The notes under the pieces are model-generated. The model was given only the letters and a program-made list of their open reading frames with translations. It had not been told where the DNA came from and did not search any database. The position numbers and the translations under genes were made by a program. A stretch of 64,000 nucleotides of DNA. Source: Octopus sinensis. Taxonomy: Eukaryota. How positions within the stretch are numbered: position 1 is the first letter of the stretch; each line of letters begins with the position of its first letter. This document shows, piece by piece, positions 42,601-54,027 of the stretch. The stretch lies in contig NC_043003.1 in NCBI RefSeq assembly GCF_006345805.1, positions 3,224,001-3,288,000 of the forward strand. Reading direction: 5' to 3'.

Positions 42601-43675
42601 TCTCTAAATCTCTGTCCATTCGCAGGGGCTTTAAGCTTCCAGACCCTTCTTCTCCATGTTGGTCGTCTTCTAGTCGCCCTCTTAGTCCTGATCCTAAAGT
42701 CACTAACTACCAGTCTATGTTGTGGGGTGCATTCTTCGCCTGGGAAGGTTTTGGCATTTTTAAGCAGCCATCTTTCCCTTTTTCTGGCAAGGATGTAGTC
42801 GATTTGGCTAGTATGCCGGCCCGATCGGTAGGTGACCGGTGGCTTGTTGGTTTCCTGAAGTTAGTGTTGCAGACCATAAGACTATTCGCATCGCAGAACT
42901 CCAGCAGCCTGGTTCCCTCCTCGTTGCGCGGAAACCATAACCGTAGCCTCCATGTACGCCATGGAAGCCCCAGCATGTCGTCCAACATGCCCATTGAAAT
43001 CACCAGCCACAAAGAGAAGGTCCCTGTCGTTCGTCGGTGAGGTGGTCTGCAGTAGGGTGTCATAGAAACTGTCTTTCTGTCCATCGGGTAGCCCTGGCTG
43101 AGGGGCATAGGCCGATATAATGGTTGCTAATCTATATGAAGCACTATTCTAATCTTAAGTATTCTGTCACTTACTCTGATTACCTCAATTACTCTATCTA
43201 TCCATTTCTCAGCGATAATATACCCACGGGCCACCAACCCCGTCAGTGTTCCCTGCCCAGAAAATCTTGTACCTGTGTCCCTTGCCTGTGAGGACCCTAG
43301 CAGATCCTCCTCTCCACCTTCTTTCTTGCATACAACATACATCAACACGTCTCCGTTCAAGCATCTCGACTATCTCGCCAGACCTACCTTTCAATGTGCC
43401 AACGTTGAGGGTGCCTACCCTGAGGGTGTGGGAGGTGTGGGCCTCTGAGACCCTGGGATGAGGGCCGCAGTGTTCTTACCTGAAAAGAAGCTTGCATTTG
43501 CCAGATATCATACTGAGACTCTAGACTACAACCTGCATAAATTTCAAAGTTTTTGCGCTATTGATCACAATAAACCCTACATAGGGGTGCGGGGGGGGTC
43601 AAGAAAGATAGAAAACAGAAACTTCCGGTTCTGGTAGAGGGGTGGGAGGGCGGGGTCACCTCCAAGGAACAACAG
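39601..43675 (-). mobile_element. Near full-length RTE-clade LINE (APE endonuclease, RT, PHD finger), frameshifted in this assembly
   Basis: TLRVGTLNVGTLKGRSGEIVEMLERRRVDVCCMQE (APE); NYRGIKLL, QFGF, FVDMEKAFDRV, GVHQGSVLSPLLF, LLYADDL (RT); RRLRWYGHV/RGRGRPRKTW C-terminus; (GAT)n tail; TA tracts on both flanks. Confidence 0.95.
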
Positions 43676-43695
43676 ATATATATATATGTTTACGA

Positions 43696-43925
43696 AGGCG
43701 GTGAGCTGGCAGTAACGTTAGCACGCCGGGCGAAATGCGTAGCCGTATTTCGTCTGCCGCTATGTTCTGAGTTCAAATTCCGCCAAGGTCGACTTTGCCT
43801 TTCATCCTTTCGGGGTCGATAAATTAAGTACCAGTTACGCACTGGGGTCGATGTAATCGACTTAATCCGTTTGTCTGTCCTTGTTTGTCCCCTCTGTGTT
43901 TAGCCCCTTGTGGGTAGTAAAGAAA
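43696..43925 (+). mobile_element. Family B SINE, complete
   Basis: ggcggtgagctggcag...gagttcaaattcc (B box)...gccccttgtgggtagtaaagaaa; flanked by the direct repeat tatatgtttacgaag (TSD). Confidence 0.9.
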
Positions 43926-43977
43926 ACTATATGTTTACGAAGTCTAGACAAGTATCTTCAGTTAGCAGTCTTGCTAC

Positions 43978-44023
43978 TCTAGACTGATGACGGGTAAGAC
44001 CCAGAAACATGCATGTCTCTAGA
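43978..44023 (+). ncRNA. Type I hammerhead ribozyme in a PLE-like remnant
   Basis: tctaga-CTGATGA-c-gggt(aag)accc-a-GAAA-catgcatg-TC-tctaga; palindromic stem III, GUC cleavage triplet. Confidence 0.75.
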
Positions 44024-44452
44024 TACAGGCCTGGCTGTTGGGGCTGCTTGTCTCCCCTTTGCAAACATAAGGACACAGGAAATGTGTCAAGGCCGACAGG
44101 AAGCGTCGATGCTTCCTAGGGCTAAATAGCGGTGGTGTAATTCCTCTTTACGGGACTGTCACGTTAAGTTGACAGTATACAACCGCTCCCTCGCTCCACC
44201 ACTGCTCATATTTCTCTGAGATATTTAGAAACTTAATATTTCTAACATATATATATATATATAGTTCAAATTGGCAGAAAACATAGCACAAAGAAGACAG
44301 GTGAGGGAACAGCAAGCAAAGAGTGTTTGTCCAGGAGAGGACTACACAGCCACAGCAGGAGATGTATTAGGACATGAAATGTAAAAACCGGACTAGATTA
44401 TTTTATGTGCAACTCCATTGTCTTCCGAGACAAAAAGGATGCCAACAACAAC

Positions 44453-44484
<32 letters not shown>

Positions 44485-45802
44485 AGATCCAAGGATCGAA
44501 GTGTAGGAAGAAAGTTAGCTTCCGTATTGAATATAAAAAACAACTTTCAGGGACACTAGCAGCAAGGGCCCAGAAACAGGGGTGAAGGTCCACTCACTAC
44601 AACCTCCTGAAATTTTCAGGAGGTGCAGCATCAAAAATTGCACCCCTTACATAATTTTACCAGTTTCGGAAAATGGTTTCTAAAAAATTATCTGTACAAG
44701 ATGCTTCAAGTTAGATTTAATTTCAAAACAAAAATAAAGAACAAAAAACAAAAACAAAGAACAAAAAAACATAAATAAATAAAAGTGATGAAGCTGGGCT
44801 TAAAATTCCCAAGGGAATGACCACCAACTTCTGAAGCCAAGCAGCATCAAAATAAAAAGTGTGTGACAACAACAACAACATAACCAGCATCTACGACTAC
44901 TCTTCAATACATAGCATTACTTATACATACATACATACATATATACATACATCAGTGGTGTGCGGTGACTTCTGAGATTGGTCATGCAATAAATTCCTCT
45001 TGGTTGAGTTGAATTATTTACTCTCTGTCATACACATACGACATTGCACATCCAGTGAAGCATGCTGCCTTCATATGCATGCATGCATGCATGTATGTGC
45101 CTTGCTTTCTGCTGGGGTCTCTTTCCAGCCACAAGTTCCCCATATAGCACCTGCTTTGGGATCCTGCTATCCTTCAGTCTTATAACGTAACCGGTGTATG
45201 TGCACCATCACCTCAACACTCAAGATCCCAGCTGTCCTCAGGACCTGTGTGTCTGGAGTTTTTAAGGTCCAGCCAACATTCAGAATGTGTCTGAGACATC
45301 TCTGATGCAAGCGTTCAAGAACCCTTACATGACGTTTGTAAAGGGTCCATGTCTCACATGAGTAAAGGAGTGATGTCAGTACTCATTAAAGGCTTTAATA
45401 TGCAGGGGACTGGCTGGGAGAGCAATGCCTGTCATCGCCACAGATGGAGGAAACAGGTTAAGGAGGTAGGGGGTTGGCACTTTTGAGGGAGCACGTATTC
45501 TGCATGAAGAACTTAAGGATGCTGCTTGAAAGCACACGGCTGGTTTAGTGAATGGGGAAAGCTTGGTCTGCAATGTTTGCAGTCGTGTATGGCTCATCAA
45601 GAGCAGGACTCATTAGCCACCAAGGGAGCTGCAAATGCAAAATATAAGTTAGTCCTAGAACGAACAATGTTCCTGAAGGCCAGCAATGGTCTTCCTCGGT
45701 CCCAGTGGACGGCCATCATTATGTATGCACAGATTTGTGTGTTTTGCTTTATGTATGTATTCTCATGCATATAGCTACATATCTAGACATGCTCATATAT
45801 AT

Positions 45803-46002
45803 TTAAATGCTAAACTTCTGGAAAGTTTTACAGATTTTTACAGTTCCAGTGATGAATTGGGTCTGTAGTCTTCCAATTAGCTTTCTCCTTTCTGGTTTTG
45901 TGAAGCCTAATTTCTCAAGATTGGCATTTAAGCAGTGTGTTACATATCCCAGGGTCCCAATAACAAGTATAAACCTGAACTTGTAATCTGGATAGAGTAA
46001 CT
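45803..46002 (-). mobile_element. R4/Dong-clade LINE extreme 3' fragment
   Basis: LLYPDYKFRFILVIGTLGYVTHCLNANLEKLGF...TVKICKTFQKF, same family as 36760-37185. Confidence 0.8.
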
Positions 46003-46223
46003 TATGTATGTATGTAAAATATATATGTATGTATGTATGTATGTACACATGTGTGAGTATGCATACATCATGAATCTTAGGCTGTGAATTCAATGGACAT
46101 CTGAAGGCTTGAAAGAAATGAAGCCAGCATCTCCACTGGATGTACAACATCAATGTGTGTGTATGGCAGAGAAAAAATGGTTATAAGAGGCATCAGATAT
46201 AGTGTGTGTGTATAGAGTTTCAT

Positions 46224-46450
46224 ATTTCTTTATTGCCCACAAGGGGCTAAACACAGAGGGGACAAACAAGTACAAAGGGATTAAGTCGATTACATCGACC
46301 CCAGTGCGTAACTGGTACTTAATTTATTGACTTTGAAAGGATGAAAAGCAAAGCCAACCTTGGCAGAATTTGAACTCAGAACCTAAAGACAGATGAAGGA
46401 CTGCTAAGCATTTCGCCTGGCATGCTAACATTTCTGCCAGCTCACCGTCT
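46224..46450 (-). mobile_element. Family B SINE
   Basis: Matches 1106-1338. Confidence 0.88.
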
Positions 46451-46451
46451 T

Positions 46452-46793
46452 ATGTGTATAGAATTTCATGTGTGTATAGAATTTCATGTGTGTATAGAGT
46501 TTCGTGTGTGTATAGAGTTTCATGTGTGTATAGAATTTCATGTGTGTATAGAGTTTCATGTGTGTATAGAGTTTCGTGTGTGTATAGAATTTCATGTGTG
46601 TATAGAGTTTCATGTGTGTATAGAATTTCATGTGTGTATAGAATTTCATGTGTGTATAGAGTTTCATGTGTGTATAGAGTTTCGTGTGTGTATAGAATTT
46701 CATGTGTGTATAGAGTTTCATGTGTGTATAGAATTTCATGTGTGTATAGAATTTCATGTGTGTATAGAGTTTCGTGTGTGTATAGAGTTTCAT
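46452..46793. repeat. 18-bp minisatellite (TGTGTGTATAGARTTTCR) x ~19
   Basis: Direct reading of the sequence. Confidence 0.97.
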
Positions 46794-47428
46794 GGACTGT
46801 GAATGCAGAAGACATGAGAAAGCTGGAAAGAAATGAAGACCTCAGATGTAGCGTGCAAGAGAGAAGACTGCTTGTATGATCGTGTGATGTGAATGGATGA
46901 AGACAGCTGCATAAAGAAGTGCCGATCTCTAAATATGGATGGAACCTGTGGAAGAAGATGACCAAGGAAGATGTGAGATGGAGTATTGAAAAATGATCTT
47001 TGGATGTTGAGCTTCACCAAAGAGATGACAAACAACTGAAGCAGTTGGCCATTTGTTGTGCTTAAGGCCATGAAAACTTACCATTTATGTCCATGGTACT
47101 GTGCACAATCAGTCCCTAACAAAGCCCTCCTCTGCATCTCATCTTTTTGACATCTAGCCCCACCAAGCAGAAAGTTACCTTCCTCGGTTGGAGTGGTGGG
47201 GTTGTCTTGTGAATTGCTTGGGGGCCTCACTGGTGCTGGTGCCACATAAAATTTACCCCATGTACTCTGTAATGTGTTTGGTGTTAGGAAGGGCATCCAG
47301 CCATAGAAACCAGGCCAAAAGAGAGGCGTATCGATTGGGACATTCTTCTGTTTTGCTAGCTTTTGCCAAACCCGTGCCACCATGGTGAGAGAACACAAAG
47401 TGATGACAATGACGATGACGACGACGAC

Positions 47429-47460
<32 letters not shown>

Positions 47461-47465
47461 CAACA
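46794..47465 (+). mobile_element. Old RTE LINE 3' fragment with (GAT)n tail
   Basis: WTVNAEDMRKLERNE...CSVQERRL...MDEDSCIKKC; gttaggaagggcatccagcc 3' UTR motif. Confidence 0.75.
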
Positions 47466-47657
47466 ATGCTGTATGTATAGAAACATGTCTGTTCCCTAAG
47501 TCTGCTTGTGTTTTTGCTTAATTCGTATTTGCGAGACAGAATAGTAACATTAAAAAAATGTTATCAAAATAATAATAGAACAACAAAAACAAAAAAATTA
47601 AATAATTAGAAAGCAATTAACAATTTTAAAAAGATGTATAATCAAATCAGCACTTAC

Positions 47658-47987
47658 AATCGTTACGTTTTCATAATTAGCAACCGGGATCTTGGATGAT
47701 AGTTTGCAGTGTGTTTGGTTAGGATTGTACGAGAACGAATGGCACGCAGAACGTCTCATGCACAGTTTTTCACACCTTTCTCTGCGCAAGGAATAGGTTT
47801 CGAAAAATGCATCCGTATTCTGTGAATCACTGATTTCTTTGAGTGTCAAACAAACACGCAAACATGTAGAAACTTGGACAATAACCAGCAGGAGTAGAAC
47901 TTTGACCAATTGGCCGTTGGAAAGTGGTTGGAGGGGTCCAAGCAGCAAGGATTTAAATGTTGGTAGCCAGGGCTTGATGCGGGCCAT
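47658..47987 (-). CDS. First coding exon: hydrophobic leader (signal peptide/anchor) + PAN/Apple domain
   Basis: ttccATGG start; MARIKPW...LVKVLLLLVIVQVSTC...RRERCEKLCMRRSACHSFSYNPNQTHCKLSSKIPVANYENVTI matches the PAN motif C-x3-C-x5-C-x-SF-x-Y...C-x-L. Donor ATT|gtaagt, phase 0. Linkage to the downstream exons is inferred from strand, phase and domain order. Confidence 0.75.
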
Positions 47988-49271
47988 GGAATACAATAAT
48001 GTTGGTTTGGTCAATGAAAACTTTACTCGCTTTGACGGCATTGCAAATAATAATAATAATAATAATGATGATAATAATGACAATAACAATAATAGTGATC
48101 TGAACTTAATTATTAACTAAAATTTTTGGTTATATTTAGGAGAATAATAACAATGTGGGATAGAAACTTGTATTTAAATGAGAACATCCAAAAATCCCAA
48201 ACTTTCTAAGTCCTTTTTTTTCTTTTCTTTTTTTTCTGTTATTTCAATTACGTTTCAACTTTGTCTTTATATAATTGATGTTTTGAATTTCAAAGTATTA
48301 ATTGTGATTATTTTTTAGCCATAAAAGGATGCTAATAAAGTAATGAGAGTACTTTAAGGTTTGATGTTCTGTAGAATGTTTTGTGATTAAATTCAGAACA
48401 AAGATATGTTGTCTCAGTTCTTAATAGGTGCTGGGTAGGTTCTTCCCATAATTTAGTGAATGTAACAATTGGCAATAGACATGTAGCGATATGTGCTCAT
48501 GTGAAAGATGGAACATGTCTCTGTACACATGTATACATATATATATATATATGTATGTGTGTATGTATGTGTGTTTATACATGTGTGTTTATACATATGT
48601 GTGTGTGTGGCTCGAAACGTTAAAGACTTGTTTTATTTATATTTCCTGAGCGCCATACTAATACAATTGTTCGTTTGTTTTCCACCTGCTTTCGTCTTTT
48701 GTTTATTTTCATAAAGCTTCCCGTTATATTTATATATATATATTTACAATATTTACATATAAATGTGTGTGGGGGGGGCAGGTGGGGGTGGTGGTAATCC
48801 CTGTGTTCTATTTACTTTTCCCCTCCCCCATCTACCTCCAACCACCTCCCATCTCATCACCCCCTCCTCTCTCACAACTCATCCCTTCCAACTTTGTTCA
48901 ATTGTTTTTTTTTCTCTTCCTCCTCCTCTCCCTGTTACTCTATTTGTAACATCCCCTCCTCCTTTTCATCTCCTCCTCCTCCTCTTCATTTCTTATTTCC
49001 TTTTCAGAGCCCTCCCACCACACCTTCATTCAGCTCTTCTCCTCCTCCTCACCACCTTCTCCTCCTTCCTTACTTCACCTCTCATCTTCCCTTTCCTTTC
49101 CTTCCTTACCAATTGTTTTTTTTCCCTCTCGTCTGTTAATGCGTTGACAAATCCAACCTAAATTTAATTAATCCTTCGTAATTTCTTATTCATTTCCTCT
49201 CAAACCACTTTATGCAGACACAAACACATCCAAAATATAAACATTTAGGTTTATATTGAAAAATGCATAAA

Positions 49272-49927
49272 ACTCTTTTACTCTTTTTTATTCTTTTACT
49301 TGTTTCAGTCATTTGACTGCGGCCATGCTGGAGCACTGCCTTTAGTCGAGCAAATCGACCCCGGGACTTATTCTTTGTAAGCCCAGTACTTATTCTATCG
49401 GTCTCTTTTGCCGAACTGCTAAGTGACGTAAACACACCAGCATCGGTTGTCAAGCGATGTTAGGGGGACAAACACAGACAAACACACACACCCATATCAT
49501 CATCATCAGCATCATCGTTTAGCCTCCGCTTTCCATGCTAGCATGGGTTGGACGGGTCAACTGGGGTCTGTGAAGCTGGAAGGCTTCGTCAGGCCCAGTC
49601 AGATCTGGCAGTGTTTCTACGGCTGGATGCCCTTCCTAACGCCAACCACTCCGCGAGTGTAGTGGGTGTTTTTTACGTGCCACCTGCACAGGTGCCAGAC
49701 AGAGCTGGCGAACGGCCACGAACGGATGGTGCTTTTACGTGTCACCGGCACGGGGCCAACATATATACGACGGGCTTTCGGTTTCCGTCTACCAAATCCA
49801 CTCACAAGGCTTTGGTTGGCCCGAGGCTATAGCAGAAGACACTTGCCCAAGGTGCCAAGCAGTGGGACTGAACCCGGAACCATGTGGTTGGTAAGCAAGC
49901 TGCTTACCACACAGCCACTCCTGCGCC
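49272..49927 (-). mobile_element. Family A SINE interrupted by an RTE 3' fragment (~49495-49760)
   Basis: The SINE halves flank catcatcat...gctagcatgggttggacg...gtcaccggcacgggg. Confidence 0.88.
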
Positions 49928-50224
49928 TATATAATTTTTTTTAAAGAGTAGACACTGTATCCTTGCCTATATTAAGAGACCCCTAGAAAGGTTGGTGTCA
50001 GCAAAAGCATCCAGCAACAAAACACAAACTCACAATCAGAAAGTCAGAAAGTGAAAGTAAATTCCATGTGTGTGCCTGTGTCTGTGTGTATGTATGTATG
50101 ACTGTTTGTCTGTCTGTCTCTTTTATTTTTTTAATTATTATAAATTTTCCACTGAGGAGGAAGCCAGTTTCCAACAAAGATACAAGACTCCATCTTTGGG
50201 ATGTGGTAAACACAGACAAATTCT

Positions 50225-51030
50225 CATTTCGAACTTGAGAAAAGTCTTGCATATTTTTATTGTTCCACTCACAGATTGCACTTGTAATGTACAAATTAGC
50301 TGGTCGATTTCTCTTCCTGAAAATCCCAGTTTATCCAGATTCTCCTTTAAGCATTTACTAACAAAACCCAGTGCTCCAATTATTATTGGAATGAATATGA
50401 ATTCATAGTCTGGATATAGAAGCTGGAAGTTTCGAAGCAGTTGTCCATAGATATCCTCTTTTTCTTTGATTTTCAAAGAGTTACTGATGTCTGCAGGGCA
50501 GCTGACCTCTGTAATGGTACATACCTTTGCCCCTCTGTCCCAAGGAAAAATATCCGGCCTGTTATGTTTATGTTTGGCAGAAGTTTTGATGGGAATATTC
50601 CACCAGTATTCCTTGAGTTGGTGTTTATGAATGTATTCCATAACAGAGGGATCTTCTAAGTTTATTTCAGGACAGTCTTTTTTGCGGATGGCATTGTAAA
50701 TTGTTTTAGCGACAACATCGTGCCGCGTAGGGCGGTGGTACTATGACGACATTTTAGGACAGCTGCTAATCACATGCGCGATGTCTTCCTCAGAAACATG
50801 ACATAGCCTACACATGCGGTTGCACCTTGGGATTGCAAGAGCGACTCTTTCCCTCTTGTCACCAGGTGCTTTGTAGCAATCTCCTGTTCCTGGATTGCAA
50901 ACGCATAGCCCTCAAAGTGTGATGTGATGTAGTGGTCTTGTGTCCAAGAGAGGTGGCACTTCACGTCAATTCTACTGTTTTCTTCAAGCTTCTGGGCAAC
51001 ATACCCATGCATAGTCTTTTTTTTTTGTAT
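50225..51030 (-). mobile_element. R4/Dong-clade LINE 3' fragment (CCHC knuckle + RLE), second subfamily
   Basis: MHGY...EGYAFAIQEQEIATK, CRLC...H..SSCP, RHDVVAK, HNRPDI...ITEVSCP...EKEDIY. Confidence 0.85.
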
Positions 51031-51139
51031 GCTGAGTCCCTTCCATCCAGGTCTTCTCTGAGGTAAGAGAGCCCAGCTGTTTTGGGGCCATAGAGGAGAT
51101 CATTAGAAAGAGAGTGTTTTTTGAGGATCTCACTGCTTC

Positions 51140-51821
51140 ATCAGGTCCAGTCAGATCTGGCAGTGTTTCTACGGCTGGATGCCCTTCCTAACGCCAACCA
51201 CTCCGTGAGTGTAGTGGGTGCTTTTTACGTGCCACCCGCACAGGTGCCAGACAGAGCTGGCAAACGGCCATGAACGGATGGTGCTTTTTATGTGCCACCG
51301 GCACGGGGGCGAGGCGAGGCTGGCAACGGACACGAACGGATGGTGCTTTTTACGTGCCACCGGCACGAGGCCAGTCGGGGCGGCGCTGGCAACGGTCGCA
51401 AACGAATGGTTCTCTTACATGCCACCGGCACTGGTAACACATCTGCAATTTCCATTGATCGATTTCGATTCTGATCCTCACTTGCCTCAACAGGTCTTCA
51501 CAAGTAGAGTTTTGTGTCCCAAGAAGGGAAGGTATGCATACGTAGGCTGGCTCCATCCCATGTAGAAGGCCACGGGTTATGGACTCACTTGTTTTGCCGG
51601 GTCTTCTCGCGCACAGCACACTTCCAGAGGTCTCGGTCTCTAGTCATTTCCTCAGTGAGACCTAAAGTTCGAAGGTCGTGCTTCACCACCTCGTCCCAGG
51701 TTTTCCTGGGTCTGCCTCTTCCGCAGGTTCCCTCAACCGCTAGGGTGTGGCACTTTTTCACACAACTATCTTCATCCATTCTCGCCACATGACCATACCA
51801 GCGCAAACGTCTCTCTTGCAC
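51140..51821 (-). mobile_element. RTE LINE 3' fragment
   Basis: VQERRLRWYGHVARMDEDSCVKKC...RGRPRKTWDEVVKHDL plus 3' UTR. Confidence 0.9.
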
Positions 51822-52080
51822 TAATAATAATAATAATAACAATAATAATGAAATTGTGGTGTACAGTGCTCAGGTGCTCTACAACTCAATCAAAGAAGCC
51901 CGTCGTATATATGTATATATATATATAGCTACAATGTAAATGTATTTCTATGTCTTGTTATATTTGTACTATATTAATGTATAATATCATTGCTATTATG
52001 TAGTGGTTTAATAAAGTATTGATTGGGTATTATCTGATAGTTGATGATTGATTTAGATATATTTCTCCATTTTCTCATTT

Positions 52081-52114
<34 letters not shown>

Positions 52115-52115
<1 letters not shown>

Positions 52116-52330
52116 GTGTGTGTTTGTGTGTCTATGTTTGTCCCCCTAGCATTGCTTGACAACCGATGCTGGTGTGTTTATGTCCTCGTTACTTAGCGGT
52201 TCGGCAAAAGAGACCGATAGAATAAGTACTGGACTTACAAAAGAATAAGTCCCGGAGTCGAGTTGCTCGATTAAAGGTGGTGCTCCAGCATGGCCGCAGT
52301 CAAATGACTGAAACAAGTAAAAGAGTAAGA

Positions 52331-52332
<2 letters not shown>
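52115..52332 (+). mobile_element. Family A SINE 3' half followed by (TA)n, (TG)n and (GA)n
   Basis: Matches 60970-61172. Confidence 0.85.
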
Positions 52333-52387
<55 letters not shown>

Positions 52388-52431
52388 TATGTGCATGTGT
52401 GTGTGTGTGTGAGAGAGAGAGGGAGAGAGAG

Positions 52432-52489
<58 letters not shown>

Positions 52490-52953
52490 CAACAAAAAGG
52501 TGTCTCTTTCAGAGCGAAAGACAGATTGTGATGTGGTGCACATGGATGAAGAGAGCTGCATAAAGAAGTACCAGATGCTTAAAGTGAATGGAACTTGTGC
52601 GAGAAAGAGACACAGGCAGCGTTGGGGCAAAGTAGTGGAAGATGATCTCAAAATGGCTAGCGTCACGTAGGAGAGGCTAACCATGAGACCATGAAACTGA
52701 GATGATTGGAGATTTACTCATAAAGACACATTCATCACAGCAAAAATCATATCCTTAAAGCATTTTTTTAATGCTTGTACATGCTGGGACCTGCCCCTAA
52801 AACCTCTTCTGCCACATCAAGCATTCGTTTAACACCCAACCCTCCATCACTCATCTAGCTATGGTACTACTCAGCTGCTGTAATCCTTTGAGAGCAGAAG
52901 CAGCACATATTATTGCCCCCACCCCATTCCTTGTACTACTTGTTAACTCCTTC

Positions 52954-53008
<55 letters not shown>

Positions 53009-54027
53009 TTATTCTTTTATTAGCCTCAAGCGCTCACATACAAAACATCAAATGACAGACAACAACATAAAAGAGAAAAACAGGACGATAGAAAGGGTTT
53101 TCGCATGTACACAATATAATAATAATAAAAATTGAGCTCCCAATAGGGGAGGCACTTTAAGGTCCTCATGAGAAAACCCACAAAAGCACGGGTGTCTGAA
53201 CAACCGAGTAAGAGCCCTTCTCTTTTGATTTCCTTTACACAGGTGCATGCTCAGAATTGGCCCCTTCACACTGGCCATTCTTCCAACATTCACCCACCTT
53301 TCAACAAACTTGCCTCAAGGCAACATCTCCCTAATAATAATAATGATAAAAATATTAGTCTCAAATTCTGGCACAAGGTCAGCAACTTCAGGTGAGAGCA
53401 TAGGTCAATTACACTGACCCTAGTACTCCACTGGTACTTATTTCATTGACCCTGAAAGGATGAAAGGCAAAATTAACCTCGGCAGAATTTGAACTCAGAA
53501 CCTAGTGATATGAAATGCCGCTAAGCATTATTCCCAGCATAGTAACAATCCTGCTCGTTCACTGCCGTCCTATTTCACAAAATATTGATGTTTTGATCTA
53601 TTGATATTCAGTGTGAAGCTTAGTATTGCATGTCTATGCAGGATGTGAAGACAATGTGCAATTAGCGCGTCAGTTGCTGTTCAAAATCAACAGCGCATTG
53701 CACCGAGGTAACCTTTTCCTTCCGTTATAAATATCATTATTATAGATTAGTTATTTAATTGATCTTACAAAATTAAATCTTAGGAGAAATCATGGCCAAG
53801 TTGCTGGTCAGCCCTCAACGTGTTCATGATTGAATAGACCTAGGATCAAAATCAATACAGCCATGACCACCATGTCTTATTCTCAACCTCAGGTTACATT
53901 ATCTCGTCTATTCACCGTCTCTTTTGCAGAGATCTGGTGCTGCCGAGTGGATTACCAATGCCTGAGGCAAGAAATGAAGGCGAGGCACAATCTTTTGCTT
54001 TGATTTATGTTTGCTAAAACTTTGAAA

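Noticed and set aside
46422-46965. CIEFHV/HETLYT repeat ORFs resembling metal-binding or zinc-finger proteins
   Set aside because: Translations of the 18-bp minisatellite lying between a SINE and a LINE fragment.
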